Shown one piece after another: positions 1 to 9,003 of a stretch of 64,000 bases of DNA (positions are counted from its first letter, which is position 1; every line of letters starts with the position of its first letter). Location of the stretch: positions 1-64,000 of the IMG/VR virus record IMGVR_UViG_3300025154_000061; one strand, 5' to 3'. The DNA comes from a virus. Made by a program: the position numbers and the translations under genes. The notes below the pieces were generated by a model. It saw nothing but the letters and a program-made list of their open reading frames with translations, did no database searches and was not told the origin of the DNA.

Positions 1-87
1 GCCGGGAGCTTCTCGGCCCCGACGGCGCGCGCCGCCGCGATCGATCGCCTCGTCGCCTCTCTCGTCGCCGCGAAGCTCCCGGCTTGA
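1..87 (+). CDS. 3' end of upstream gene (partial)
   Basis: Frame 1 open from base 1 to TGA at 85-87 with genome-typical codon usage. Confidence 0.5.
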   Translation, partial: AGSFSAPTARAAAIDRLVASLVAAKLPA

Positions 88-94
88 CCCCTCG

Positions 95-123
95 TTGACG
101 CTTTTCGTGCTCTAGGCTAGTCT
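95..123 (+). promoter_or_regulatory. sigma70-like promoter TTGACG-N17-TAGTCT upstream of head genes
   Basis: -35 at 95-100, -10 at 118-123, intergenic, about 30 nt before ATG 153. Confidence 0.6.
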
Positions 124-152
124 TTCCCCCGAAGACGCGGGGGGCTACCATC

Positions 153-1742
153 ATGACGACAATCGGGATCGCCCGCTACGCGGGGATCGACTTCGCCGCG
201 CCCGAGACGCTGCGCGAGATCGCTCGCGCCGCACTCGTGAAGGCGGCCGAGATCGCCCCGCCCCTCCCCGAGTTCGTGCTCTCGCTCGCCAAGAAGATCG
301 CCGACGAGGGCGCGCTCGATCCGATCGACGTCGCCTTCGCGTGCGAGTTCTTCGCGCAGCGCGGCGTCGAGAAGAGCGACAACGAGCGCCTGACGCTGAC
401 GACCGACCTCTTCGGGGGCGTCGGCTGTGCCGAGTGGGCGCGCGGGATCGTCGAGAAGATGCACGTCGCCGACGACGCCGCCTGCGCCGAGGCTGGCGCG
501 CCGCGTGCCGAGCCCGAGCCCGTCTCGAAGCGCCTCGCCACGATCACGCGGGCCGACCGCCGTCGCGTCGCCGAGGTGCTCGCCAAGCTCGCCGACTGCC
601 CGCCCGTCGACTTCGGCTTCGTCGAGGGGGACGTCGGGATCGGCGTCGTTCAGACGCACGAGGTCGGGCTCTCGTTCGCGCAGACGCTCTCGAAGCGCGC
701 GCATGGCGGGCAGCCGGTCGAGATCACCTCGCCCGAGTTCGTCGCGCTGGCGCAGATCGCGCCCGATCACGACTGGCCCGCACTCGCCAAGGCCGCCGCC
801 GAGGGCGATCCGGCCGGGCTCGCCGAGGCGTTCGACACGATCTCGGCGTTCGATCTCGCGGCTTCCGACTTCGATCTCGTCGCCCGCCTGCGGCCCGCCT
901 CGGTCTATACCAACCTGCGCTTTTTGAAGAAGAGCCCCGAGCCGGGCGCCGACGCGATCCGCGTCGAGATCCTGACCCCGGGCAATCAGTTCGAGCGCAA
1001 CGGCGTTCTCGACGGCTCGGGCGGCTTCGTCAATCTGCGGTGCCCGATCGCGAAGACCTCGGCCGCGTGGTTGAAGGTCGGAACCGAGGCCCCCGAGATC
1101 GTCGACGTCGACGGCCGCGTCGACCGCTACCGCGCCCGCGACGTCTTCAAGTGGGCGGCGGGGGCGCAGGGCGACGACCTGCGCGAGTTCTACTTCGAGG
1201 GGAAGATCGTCAAGGGGCGGCACCTCTTCGAGCGCGACGCCGACGGGGTTTGGAAGTTCTACCGCCCCGCCGATCAAGAAATGGCTTCCGACGTGCTCGA
1301 AGACGACCCGGCCGCGATCGTCAAGTGCGCGATCGAGAAGGTCGACGAAGATCGCCGTCTCGTGACCGGCGCCGTGCTCGTGCCCGGGATGCTTCGCGAC
1401 GACGGCAGCGTCGACGGGAAGGTCGACGCGCAGGGCGACGTGATCGACGCGGCGACGATCGAAAAGGCCGCGCACGAGTTCCTTTCGGGCTACAACCGAT
1501 CGACGAAGCTCGGGCTTATGCATAAGTCTTGGCCCGCCTATCTGCAACTCGTCGAAAGCTATGTCGCCCCGCACGAGATCACGCTCGGCGCGAAGACCTA
1601 CCCGGCCGGGACTTGGATCGCGACGAGCAAGGTTCTTGACGACGAGAAGTGGGGGCTTGTAAAGTCGGGCCGTCTCACGGGGTATTCCATCGGGGGGATA
1701 CTTCGCGCGGGTCGAATGATTCAAGGGGGATCCAATGGCTGA
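153..1742 (+). CDS. XkdF-like putative prohead protease with long N-terminal extension
   Basis: C-terminal motifs RRLVTGAVLVPG, VDAQGDVI, IEKAAHEF, VESYVAP, GTWI, WGLVKSGRLTGYSIGG typical of the PBSX XkdF family; upstream of scaffold and MCP; GGGGG RBS. Confidence 0.85.
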   Translation: MTTIGIARYAGIDFAAPETLREIARAALVKAAEIAPPLPEFVLSLAKKIADEGALDPIDVAFACEFFAQRGVEKSDNERLTLTTDLFGGVGCAEWARGIVEKMHVADDAACAEAGAPRAEPEPVSKRLATITRADRRRVAEVLAKLADCPPVDFGFVEGDVGIGVVQTHEVGLSFAQTLSKRAHGGQPVEITSPEFVALAQIAPDHDWPALAKAAAEGDPAGLAEAFDTISAFDLAASDFDLVARLRPASVYTNLRFLKKSPEPGADAIRVEILTPGNQFERNGVLDGSGGFVNLRCPIAKTSAAWLKVGTEAPEIVDVDGRVDRYRARDVFKWAAGAQGDDLREFYFEGKIVKGRHLFERDADGVWKFYRPADQEMASDVLEDDPAAIVKCAIEKVDEDRRLVTGAVLVPGMLRDDGSVDGKVDAQGDVIDAATIEKAAHEFLSGYNRSTKLGLMHKSWPAYLQLVESYVAPHEITLGAKTYPAGTWIATSKVLDDEKWGLVKSGRLTGYSIGGILRAGRMIQGGSNG

Positions 1743-2844
1743 CCGCACGGCGAAGCGTGCCCTCGACGATATCCGGGTCGACGAACTGTCGATCGTCGAT
1801 CTGCCCGCGAACGAAGAGCCCTTCGCGATCGTGAAGAACGCGGCGCCCGAGCCCACCCCGGCGCCCGCCCCCGACACCACCAAGGCCGAGCCGCCCGCGC
1901 CGCCCGCGCCCGAGCCCGATCCCAAGCCCGCCGACGCGGGCGACAAGCCCGGGTGCTTCGGCATGAACGGCGAGCCCCTCGACGGCCTCGACTGCGCTTC
2001 GTGCCCCTTCGGCGGCGACTGCCTCGCGGCGACGCCCGAAGAGAAGCGCAAGCCGAAGGCGCCCGCCAAGACCGACGAGCCCGAGCCCACCCCGGCGCCC
2101 GAGCCCACGACCAAGGCTGTCGGCACGCCCGCTCACGACGCGCTGCTCGCCGAGAAGCTCGGGATGATCTCGGGTGTCGCCGCGCAGATCGCGAGCATGG
2201 CGCCCGACGCGACCCCCGAGGGGCTCGCGAAGCTCCGCTCGCAGGTCGACGCCCTCGGCGATCTGACGTGGTCGGTGCGCAACCTGCCCGTCGAGGCTAT
2301 GGCGCTCTCGAAGCGCTACACCGAGGCGCTCGGCAAGAACGACGCGAAGGGCGCTCTCGCCGTCGTGGGCGAGGCGATCGCGAAGGTCACGGGCACCGAC
2401 CCGACGATCGTCGCCGCGCCCGCCCCGGCGCCGACCCCCGCCGCCGAGCCCGAGCCCGTGAAGAAGAACGCCGCCGCTCGCCTCGACGCCGCCCTCGGCA
2501 AGATCGAAGCGGTCATGACCAAGCGGGGCGCGACGCAGTTCGGCGAGATCGCCGGGCTGCTCGACAAGCGCCTCGAAGACGATCCCGACGCGGTCGACCT
2601 GCGCGCCGCGCTCGAAGAGGTGCGCGAGGTCGTGAAGTCGCTCGAAGGCGTGCCCGACCTGTCGAGCCTCTTCGAGAACCTGACGAAGCGCGCCGATCCG
2701 GCCGCCGTCGCGGCCGCCGAGGTCGCCGATCTGCGCAAGCGGATCGAGCGGATCGAGGGCGCGGGCCTCACGAAGAGCACGGGCGGCGATCCCGCCCCGG
2801 CCCCCGCGCCGCGTTCGGTGTGGGAAGGATCGCCGATCGGCTAG
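1735..2844 (+). CDS. capsid scaffold/protease-associated protein
   Basis: N-terminal DIRVDELSIVDLPANE motif, Pro/Ala-rich linkers, helical C-terminus; directly before MCP. Confidence 0.7.
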   Translation: MADRTAKRALDDIRVDELSIVDLPANEEPFAIVKNAAPEPTPAPAPDTTKAEPPAPPAPEPDPKPADAGDKPGCFGMNGEPLDGLDCASCPFGGDCLAATPEEKRKPKAPAKTDEPEPTPAPEPTTKAVGTPAHDALLAEKLGMISGVAAQIASMAPDATPEGLAKLRSQVDALGDLTWSVRNLPVEAMALSKRYTEALGKNDAKGALAVVGEAIAKVTGTDPTIVAAPAPAPTPAAEPEPVKKNAAARLDAALGKIEAVMTKRGATQFGEIAGLLDKRLEDDPDAVDLRAALEEVREVVKSLEGVPDLSSLFENLTKRADPAAVAAAEVADLRKRIERIEGAGLTKSTGGDPAPAPAPRSVWEGSPIG

Positions 2845-2897
2845 AGGCCGAACCGGCGTGCGAGCACGACCGCGAACGTGAACCAGGGGGAAAGAAG

Positions 2898-4091
2898 ATG
2901 CGCAACGAAGAACTCTTGAAGGCCGCGATCACGGCGGCGGGCGCGCTCGCCACGACCGGCAAGCTGTCGCCTGAGCAGAGCGACAAGTTCCTCGACTACA
3001 TCGTCGACGAGACGAGCCTCGCGAACAACGCCCGCGTGATCAAGATGCAGGCCGAGACGCGCGAGATCAACAAGATCGGCGTCGGGAAGCGCGTCATGCT
3101 GCCCGCGACCGAGGCGACCGACCCGGGCACCCGGCGCGGCGTCACGACCTCGAAGATCGAACTCACGACCCGCGAGTTCATGATCCCCTTCGAGATCTCG
3201 GATCGCTTCGCCGAACTCGCCGTCGGCGCGAAGGGCGACGTCAAGGATCTCATCGTCAAGATGATGGCGAAGCAGGGCGCCAACGACCTCGAAACCCTCT
3301 ACCTGCGCGGCGACGTGCTCGGCGAGGCGACCCTCGAAGGCGACGTCGTCGACGGCGGATCCGACACGCTCTTCGTCAAGGATCCGCTGCTCGCGACCTT
3401 CGACGGGTGGCTGCGCAAGGCCGACGCGGGCAACCTCTTCAACGCCAACGGCGCGAACATCGGCGCGAGCGTCTTCTCGGCGATGATCCGCAAGATGCCC
3501 ACCAAGTTCCGCCGCAACCGCAAGGATCTGCGGTGGTTCGTGCCGAGCGACCTCGCGCAGTTGTGGCGCGAACGCGTCTCGGCCCGCGCGACGACCGAGG
3601 GCGACAAGGCGCTCGGCGGCGACTCGGGCCTCGCGCCCTTCGGGATCCCGCTCGTCGAAGTGCCCCTCCTGCCCTTCGAGCCGCCGACGGTCCAGCACGT
3701 CACGCTCCCGGGCACGACCAAGGTCAGCCTGCGCTACGCGCCGATCTCGAACGTGGTCGTGACCCCGACGACGCTCGGCTCGACGCCGACCGCGAAGTTC
3801 GTCGAGAACACCGACTACGAGGTCGACCTCGTCGCGGGCACGATCAACCGCAAGGCGGGCGGCGCGATCGGCGACGGCGTCACCGTCAAGGTGACGTTCC
3901 TCGCGCAGCCGCAGATCCTCCTGACGCACTTCGAGAACTTCATCGTCGGCCTCGGCCGCGATATCCGCGTCGAGAAGGATCGGAACATCTACACCCGCAT
4001 GGACCAGTACGCCGTGACCCTCACGGCGTCGGTCGCGTGCGAAGAGCCGACGGCGATCGTCAAGGGCTACAACGTCGGCCTCGGCGTCTAG
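2898..4091 (+). CDS. major capsid protein (XkdG-like, HK97 fold)
   Basis: ATG 2898 after GGGGG RBS; motifs GKLSPEQSDKFLDYIVD, DLETLYLRGD, FDGWL, MIRKMPTKF, FGIPLVEVP, IRVEKDR. Confidence 0.9.
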   Translation: MRNEELLKAAITAAGALATTGKLSPEQSDKFLDYIVDETSLANNARVIKMQAETREINKIGVGKRVMLPATEATDPGTRRGVTTSKIELTTREFMIPFEISDRFAELAVGAKGDVKDLIVKMMAKQGANDLETLYLRGDVLGEATLEGDVVDGGSDTLFVKDPLLATFDGWLRKADAGNLFNANGANIGASVFSAMIRKMPTKFRRNRKDLRWFVPSDLAQLWRERVSARATTEGDKALGGDSGLAPFGIPLVEVPLLPFEPPTVQHVTLPGTTKVSLRYAPISNVVVTPTTLGSTPTAKFVENTDYEVDLVAGTINRKAGGAIGDGVTVKVTFLAQPQILLTHFENFIVGLGRDIRVEKDRNIYTRMDQYAVTLTASVACEEPTAIVKGYNVGLGV

Positions 4092-4099
4092 TTCCGGGT

Positions 4100-4139
4100 G
4101 GGGGCGATAGGCGGGCCTAGCGCCTGACCTATCGCCCCC
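4100..4139 (+). terminator. GC-rich hairpin after MCP
   Basis: Inverted repeat GGGGGCGATAGG (4100-4111) / CCTATCGCCCCC (4128-4139). Confidence 0.55.
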
Positions 4140-4176
4140 TGCTCGGTTCTTGCGCACGGCGACGAAGGGGGAACGC

Positions 4177-4467
4177 ATGGCGCGGTTGATCGTCCCGAAG
4201 GTGAACGTCGAACTCGACGCGAGCACGCTCGCGCAGGTCGCCGACCGCTCGACGGCGGGATCGCTGCGTCTCTTCGCCGGGCAGCCTGCCCGGTTGACCG
4301 ACGGCGAGATCGAGGCGCTGCGCGTCGCTGGCGTTCGCTTCGTCGAGCACGTCGCCAAGAAGGCCCCCGTCAAGCCCGCCCCGGCGCTCGTCGAGGCCCC
4401 GAAGCCTGCGCCGAGGAAGCGCGGGGGCGACGCCCCGACGAGCGATCCCGAAACCGCGACCAAGTAA
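4177..4467 (+). CDS. small hypothetical virion-cluster protein
   Basis: AAGGGGG RBS then ATG 4177; typical codon usage. Confidence 0.65.
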   Translation: MARLIVPKVNVELDASTLAQVADRSTAGSLRLFAGQPARLTDGEIEALRVAGVRFVEHVAKKAPVKPAPALVEAPKPAPRKRGGDAPTSDPETATK

Positions 4468-4476
4468 GGGGGAACC

Positions 4477-5010
4477 ATGATCCGCAAGCTCTCGAACAAC
4501 GACGTCGCGGGATCGGGTGTGGCGGCCGACCACGCGGCCGCGCTGCTCTCGAAGTTCAATTCGCTCGTCAACGGCGCCTCGAAGCTCGACGCCGACGTCG
4601 TGCTCGTGAACGACGACCCCTACGGCCCGCACGACTTCCTCGTCGTGTTCGGCTTCACGGGCGACGCCGCGAAGTTCCTCGGCGCCGCCGTCTACGAGCG
4701 CGCGCTCGTCGCGGGCGGCGGCCCCGGCTTCGTCGGTGCCGACGTGACGATCGGCGTCGTCGACGTCGCGACCTCGACCTTCGTCGGCGTCAGCAAGACC
4801 GCGACGCTCGCCGCCGACGACAAGGTCGGCGTGATCGAGTTCGACGACACGGCCGAGAAGACCACGGCGATCACCGACGAGGCGTTCGCCGCGCTCGCCG
4901 GGGGCGGCGGCTCGCTGCCGTCGCACTATTGGGCCGCCGTCGTCACCGTCCCGGCCTCGAAGACCTTCGCCGCCCGCATCGTCGGCGCCGTCGAACTCGC
5001 GACCCGCTAA
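4477..5010 (+). CDS. hypothetical structural protein (possible head decoration)
   Basis: RBS, Val/Ala/Thr-rich beta-like composition, position in head cluster. Confidence 0.65.
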   Translation: MIRKLSNNDVAGSGVAADHAAALLSKFNSLVNGASKLDADVVLVNDDPYGPHDFLVVFGFTGDAAKFLGAAVYERALVAGGGPGFVGADVTIGVVDVATSTFVGVSKTATLAADDKVGVIEFDDTAEKTTAITDEAFAALAGGGGSLPSHYWAAVVTVPASKTFAARIVGAVELATR

Positions 5011-5127
5011 CGCGCGAGAAGCCCCGCCGTTCGCTTCTGCGCCTTCGCCCCTCACGAAGACACCCCTTCGCCTCTCGAAACGCGTCTGCGTCGATCCTCG
5101 TGCGAGCGGAGGGCCGATCGGCCGAAC

Positions 5128-5156
5128 TTGCACGAACACAATCGCGGCGGTAGACT
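5128..5156 (+). promoter_or_regulatory. sigma70-like promoter TTGCAC-N17-TAGACT
   Basis: Intergenic, exact 17-nt spacer, upstream of ATG 5190. Confidence 0.55.
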
Positions 5157-5189
5157 TCGCCGCGTCAATTCGTCTCGTCGGGGGAAGGA

Positions 5190-5561
5190 ATGTCGAACAC
5201 GCTGCGCCCGGGGCTTTGGTCGGTCTGTCGCACCGAGAAGGGGGCGCCTGTCGCCGCCGACGGCTCGACGAGCGGGGTCTTCCCGAACCGTCAGGGGTTG
5301 ACGAACTGCGACGGCTACGACTCGATCCTCGTCGGGGCGAAGCTCGCGGGCGGCGTCGCTCCCGACGTCGACGTCGAGATCCTCGCCTACGACGGCACGC
5401 TCGACGCCTTCTTCGTGCTCGGCACGCTCGCGGGGCTGGCCGACTCGGAAGTCGCCGAGGCGACCGTCTACGGCGCCCGGGTCTTCGCGCGGATCGTGCA
5501 GGTCACGGGCAACCCGACGAACGTCGCGCTCTACGTCATGCCCGGGAGGGCTCACCCGTGA
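5190..5561 (+). CDS. hypothetical structural protein
   Basis: RBS GGGGAAGG; beta-rich 123-aa protein. Confidence 0.65.
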   Translation: MSNTLRPGLWSVCRTEKGAPVAADGSTSGVFPNRQGLTNCDGYDSILVGAKLAGGVAPDVDVEILAYDGTLDAFFVLGTLAGLADSEVAEATVYGARVFARIVQVTGNPTNVALYVMPGRAHP

Positions 5562-6643
5562 TCGTTCTGCCGCTGCAAGGCGAAGACTTCCGCGCGAAGA
5601 ACGAGCCCGCGCTCGCCGTCTGCGACGAGTTCGGCCGCCTCGTCGACGCCGACGCCGTCGATGCCTGCGTCGAGTATCTCGACGGGGGCGCGTGGCGCGT
5701 GGTCTTCGATTGGGCGAGCGTGCTCCCGTCGCGGTTCGACCGTGGGTGCTACGCGGCCGCCTTCGGGGGTCAATCGCCCTACGAAGACCCCGGCGAGATC
5801 ACGGCCGGGCTCTTCCGTTGGATCTTCCGCTACAAGCCCGCCTCGTCGCGCAGTTTCGCCACGCCCCCGAGCGTGGGCGCCGACTACGTCTACGTCGAGC
5901 GCTACTTCTTCCTCGCCGCCGACGCGCAGAAGAAGTCGCGCTCGATCCTCGGGAACCCCGTCGCCGTTCGCGAGGCCCTCGGCGTCAGTGAATCGCGCCT
6001 TTCGTGGGCGGCGATCGTCGAGGCTCTCGATCTCTGGTCGAGCATGATCGAGCGCGTCGCGCGCCAGCGCTTCCGGCTCTACCGGGCCGCGAAGCCCCTG
6101 CGCGTCGACCGCAACCGATCGCGGATCCTGCACCTCGACGAGCCCGTGCGCCTGCTCTCGCTCGTCGACTCGACGGGCTACGAGTTCGACGTCGCCGGGA
6201 TGATCGCGCAGCGCGTGTCGCCGTTCGCCGTCTACGGCGTCGAGGGCGACGAGCGTTTCAACCCCCGGATCGAGTTCTTGCAGACCCTTTCGACGGGCTC
6301 GATCTTCACCCCGTCGAGCCTCGACTCGTTCCTCTCGGGGATCACCTACACCGCGATCGGGCTGTGGGGCTTCGTCGACCCCGAGACGCTCGACGCCCCG
6401 ATCGAGATCAACGAGGCAGCGAACCGTGGCGCCGTGCTCTCGTTGAAAGACGCGCTTCGCCGCCCCGAGTTCGCCCGGGTCGGCCCCGTCACGAGCGAGA
6501 CGACCGACGGTCACTCGATCTCGTTCGGGATGGGCTTCGCCCCTCTGCGATCGGGGATGCTTGCCTATCTGCGCGACCCCGCGATCCGCGACGCCGTGCG
6601 CCTCTATACCGGCCCCGTGAAACTCCGCTCGCCCGGGGGTTAG
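5558..6643 (+). CDS. head-tail adaptor/connector-like protein
   Basis: GTG overlapping upstream TGA; C-terminal VTSETTDGHSISF motif like gp6/gp15-type connectors. Confidence 0.6.
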   Translation: MIVLPLQGEDFRAKNEPALAVCDEFGRLVDADAVDACVEYLDGGAWRVVFDWASVLPSRFDRGCYAAAFGGQSPYEDPGEITAGLFRWIFRYKPASSRSFATPPSVGADYVYVERYFFLAADAQKKSRSILGNPVAVREALGVSESRLSWAAIVEALDLWSSMIERVARQRFRLYRAAKPLRVDRNRSRILHLDEPVRLLSLVDSTGYEFDVAGMIAQRVSPFAVYGVEGDERFNPRIEFLQTLSTGSIFTPSSLDSFLSGITYTAIGLWGFVDPETLDAPIEINEAANRGAVLSLKDALRRPEFARVGPVTSETTDGHSISFGMGFAPLRSGMLAYLRDPAIRDAVRLYTGPVKLRSPGG

Positions 6644-6645
6644 AC

Positions 6646-7056
6646 GTGCCTATTCCCCGCCTCGTTCACCCCGTGCCCGTGCGCGTCGTGCCGCTCGCGA
6701 AGGCCGACTCGGCGTTCGACGAAGACCTGCGCGAGCCCATGCGCGAGGTCGAGGGCGGCGACACGATCGAGACGGTCGCGCAGGTATCCTACAACGTCGA
6801 CGCGCGCAGCCTGCCGATCGGGATCGTCGAGGGCGTGTCGGGATACCTGCTTTTCTTGCGGGCGGATCTTGAAGCTGACGGCTACGCCCCGAAGATCGGC
6901 GACCGCATCGTCGAGATCGGTAACTCGGGCGAGACGCTGCTCTTCGTGGTCTTCGTTCGCGACGGGGCGCACTACCCCGACGCGGGCGGCGCGACGACCC
7001 GCTATGTCTACTTCAACGATCGGCGGCCGAGCGCGCAGATCCCGAGCATGATCTAG
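6646..7056 (+). CDS. head-closure (stopper)-like protein
   Basis: Size, synteny, motifs FDEDLREP, GYLLF, PKIGDRI. Confidence 0.55.
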   Translation: MPIPRLVHPVPVRVVPLAKADSAFDEDLREPMREVEGGDTIETVAQVSYNVDARSLPIGIVEGVSGYLLFLRADLEADGYAPKIGDRIVEIGNSGETLLFVVFVRDGAHYPDAGGATTRYVYFNDRRPSAQIPSMI

Positions 7057-7065
7057 GGGGCTGGC

Positions 7066-7707
7066 GTGGCGAAGACTGGCGTCAAGAAGGGGCCGGGGTG
7101 GGACGCGTTGAAGGTGAAGCTCGGCGCCCTCGGCATGACCTCGGCCGACGCGACCTTGAAGACCGAGGTCGCCAAGGCGACCCGCTTGAACTGCCTGCTC
7201 GGCGTGCGCTATATGCGCGACTACATAGCGAAATCGACCGGCCTCGACCCGAACGCCGTCTTGACCCGCCTCGTCAAGCGCTCGTCGCGCGCGCTCGTCG
7301 ACACGGGTCAAATGCGGCAGGCGGTCACGTTCCGAATCAAAGAATGGAAGACCGGCTTCGCTGGGATCGCGCGCAATGCGGGCGTCGGCGGGGCGACGTT
7401 CAACGTCGCGATCATCGTTCACGACGGGGCGACGATCCCCGTTACCGCAAAAATGCGAACGCTCTTCGAGCTTCTCGCGCAGGCGAGCGAGGGGAAGCGC
7501 GATCCTGCGAAGCTCACGGGGCGCGCGGCCGACCTTTGGAAACGAACGAAGCGCTTCAAGTGGCGGCGTCTCTCGAAGGGCACGACGCAGATCGTGATCC
7601 CCGCCCGGCCGTTCGTGTCCTACACCGTGCTCGACCTGAACTTGCAAGAGGCCGTGCGCGAGAACTACGAGATCGCCGTCAAGAACGCGATCGCGAAGGG
7701 GATCTAG
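7066..7707 (+). CDS. neck/virion morphogenesis protein
   Basis: SSRALVDTGQMRQAV and IPARPF motifs typical of neck/morphogenesis proteins. Confidence 0.7.
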   Translation: MAKTGVKKGPGWDALKVKLGALGMTSADATLKTEVAKATRLNCLLGVRYMRDYIAKSTGLDPNAVLTRLVKRSSRALVDTGQMRQAVTFRIKEWKTGFAGIARNAGVGGATFNVAIIVHDGATIPVTAKMRTLFELLAQASEGKRDPAKLTGRAADLWKRTKRFKWRRLSKGTTQIVIPARPFVSYTVLDLNLQEAVRENYEIAVKNAIAKGI

Positions 7708-7708
7708 G

Positions 7709-8992
7709 ATGAAGCGCACGATCTCGCACGCCTTCGACGCGGGGGAAGACTCGCTCGCGAAGTGGGATCGCGGCGCCTCGGTCGTCGAGTGGGTGTCGAC
7801 GCCGACGGCGAGCTTCTTCCGCTTGCAGGCCGCCGCCGACGGCACCTACGCCACGGGCTCGATCGTGCGCTTGGCGTGCCCCGAGATCACGATCTCGCGT
7901 CACAAGGCCGAGATCTTGGGCGGTTGGGTCACGGCTGGCGATCAACCTCGGGGAACGATGATTCGCGCCCGCCTGTGCGCCGACGGGGTCGATCTCTTCT
8001 ACTCGGGCGGGGTATGGCGCGCGGCGGGCGCCGACGAGTGGTTCGACGACCTCGTCGCGCTGAATACCGCCCTCGCCGTCACGCCGATCTCGTTCGAGCG
8101 CGTGCGCCTTGTGCTCGGCTTGGGCACGGCCGACGCGCGTCGCACCCCGAAGATCACGGCCGCAGCGATCGCCGTCGTCGTCGACGGGCTCGGGAGTGTC
8201 GTCGAGGAACTCGTCGCCCGCGATCTCTTCGCCCGGTTGCGCGAAGACGTCGCCGCCGAGGCGAGCGTCGTCGTGAAGTGGCCCGCTACGGGGGGATCTC
8301 TTGTCGTTGGCGACGTGATCGACGGCGCAGGCGCCGAGCCCCTGTCGATCGTCGACGTGCTCGGGATCTATCTCGACTTCGGCGGGCACGGCGAGACGGG
8401 CGAGAATCTGCTCGTCGTCTACGACCCCGGCATGAAGACAGCCCAAACGACCGAGTCGATCACCGCTGGCGTGCGCGTGCTCGTGCGCGTGCGCGCCGCT
8501 GTCGAGTTCGCGATCGTGACGCATCCCGACTTCTACGAGATTGCCAAGACCCCCGCGATCGTCGTCGAGGCGATCGACGAAGAGACGACCGGCGAGCCGA
8601 TCGCCGAGACGCACTTCCCCTATCTGTCGACGGCCGGGGGCTACGACCCCGGGGGCGCGCCCCTCGCCCTTGTCGTGCCGCCGCCCGTCGAGATCGATCT
8701 CGTGCTGCGACTGCGTGTGCTCGGGTCGCGCTCGCTCGAAGTGCTTCGACTCGTCGAAGATGTCGAATCTTCCCTTCGATCCCGACCCGTGCTAGGTTGT
8801 GGCGGGACCGGGGAAGAGGTCATTTTGCAGATCGCCGAAGGGCAAGCCTATTCGCCGAGGCCCGACAACGGGCACGCGCAAGACGCGACGATCTCGGTGC
8901 GGCTTGGCGGCGTGAAGCGTTGGATCTCTCGTGACGGGCGCGCAGGGCGTCACGTCGCGACGCTGAACGCGCGGGTAGGAACGCAGACGTAA
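7709..8992 (+). CDS. putative tail terminator/completion protein
   Basis: Immediately before the sheath gene; codon usage; function from synteny only. Confidence 0.5.
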   Translation: MKRTISHAFDAGEDSLAKWDRGASVVEWVSTPTASFFRLQAAADGTYATGSIVRLACPEITISRHKAEILGGWVTAGDQPRGTMIRARLCADGVDLFYSGGVWRAAGADEWFDDLVALNTALAVTPISFERVRLVLGLGTADARRTPKITAAAIAVVVDGLGSVVEELVARDLFARLREDVAAEASVVVKWPATGGSLVVGDVIDGAGAEPLSIVDVLGIYLDFGGHGETGENLLVVYDPGMKTAQTTESITAGVRVLVRVRAAVEFAIVTHPDFYEIAKTPAIVVEAIDEETTGEPIAETHFPYLSTAGGYDPGGAPLALVVPPPVEIDLVLRLRVLGSRSLEVLRLVEDVESSLRSRPVLGCGGTGEEVILQIAEGQAYSPRPDNGHAQDATISVRLGGVKRWISRDGRAGRHVATLNARVGTQT

Positions 8993-9003
8993 GGGGGATC
9001 ATC

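Noticed and set aside
1953-2897. Upstream extension of the MCP ORF (712 aa in the track)
   Set aside because: Overlaps the scaffold gene in another frame; the real start is ATG 2898 with an RBS.
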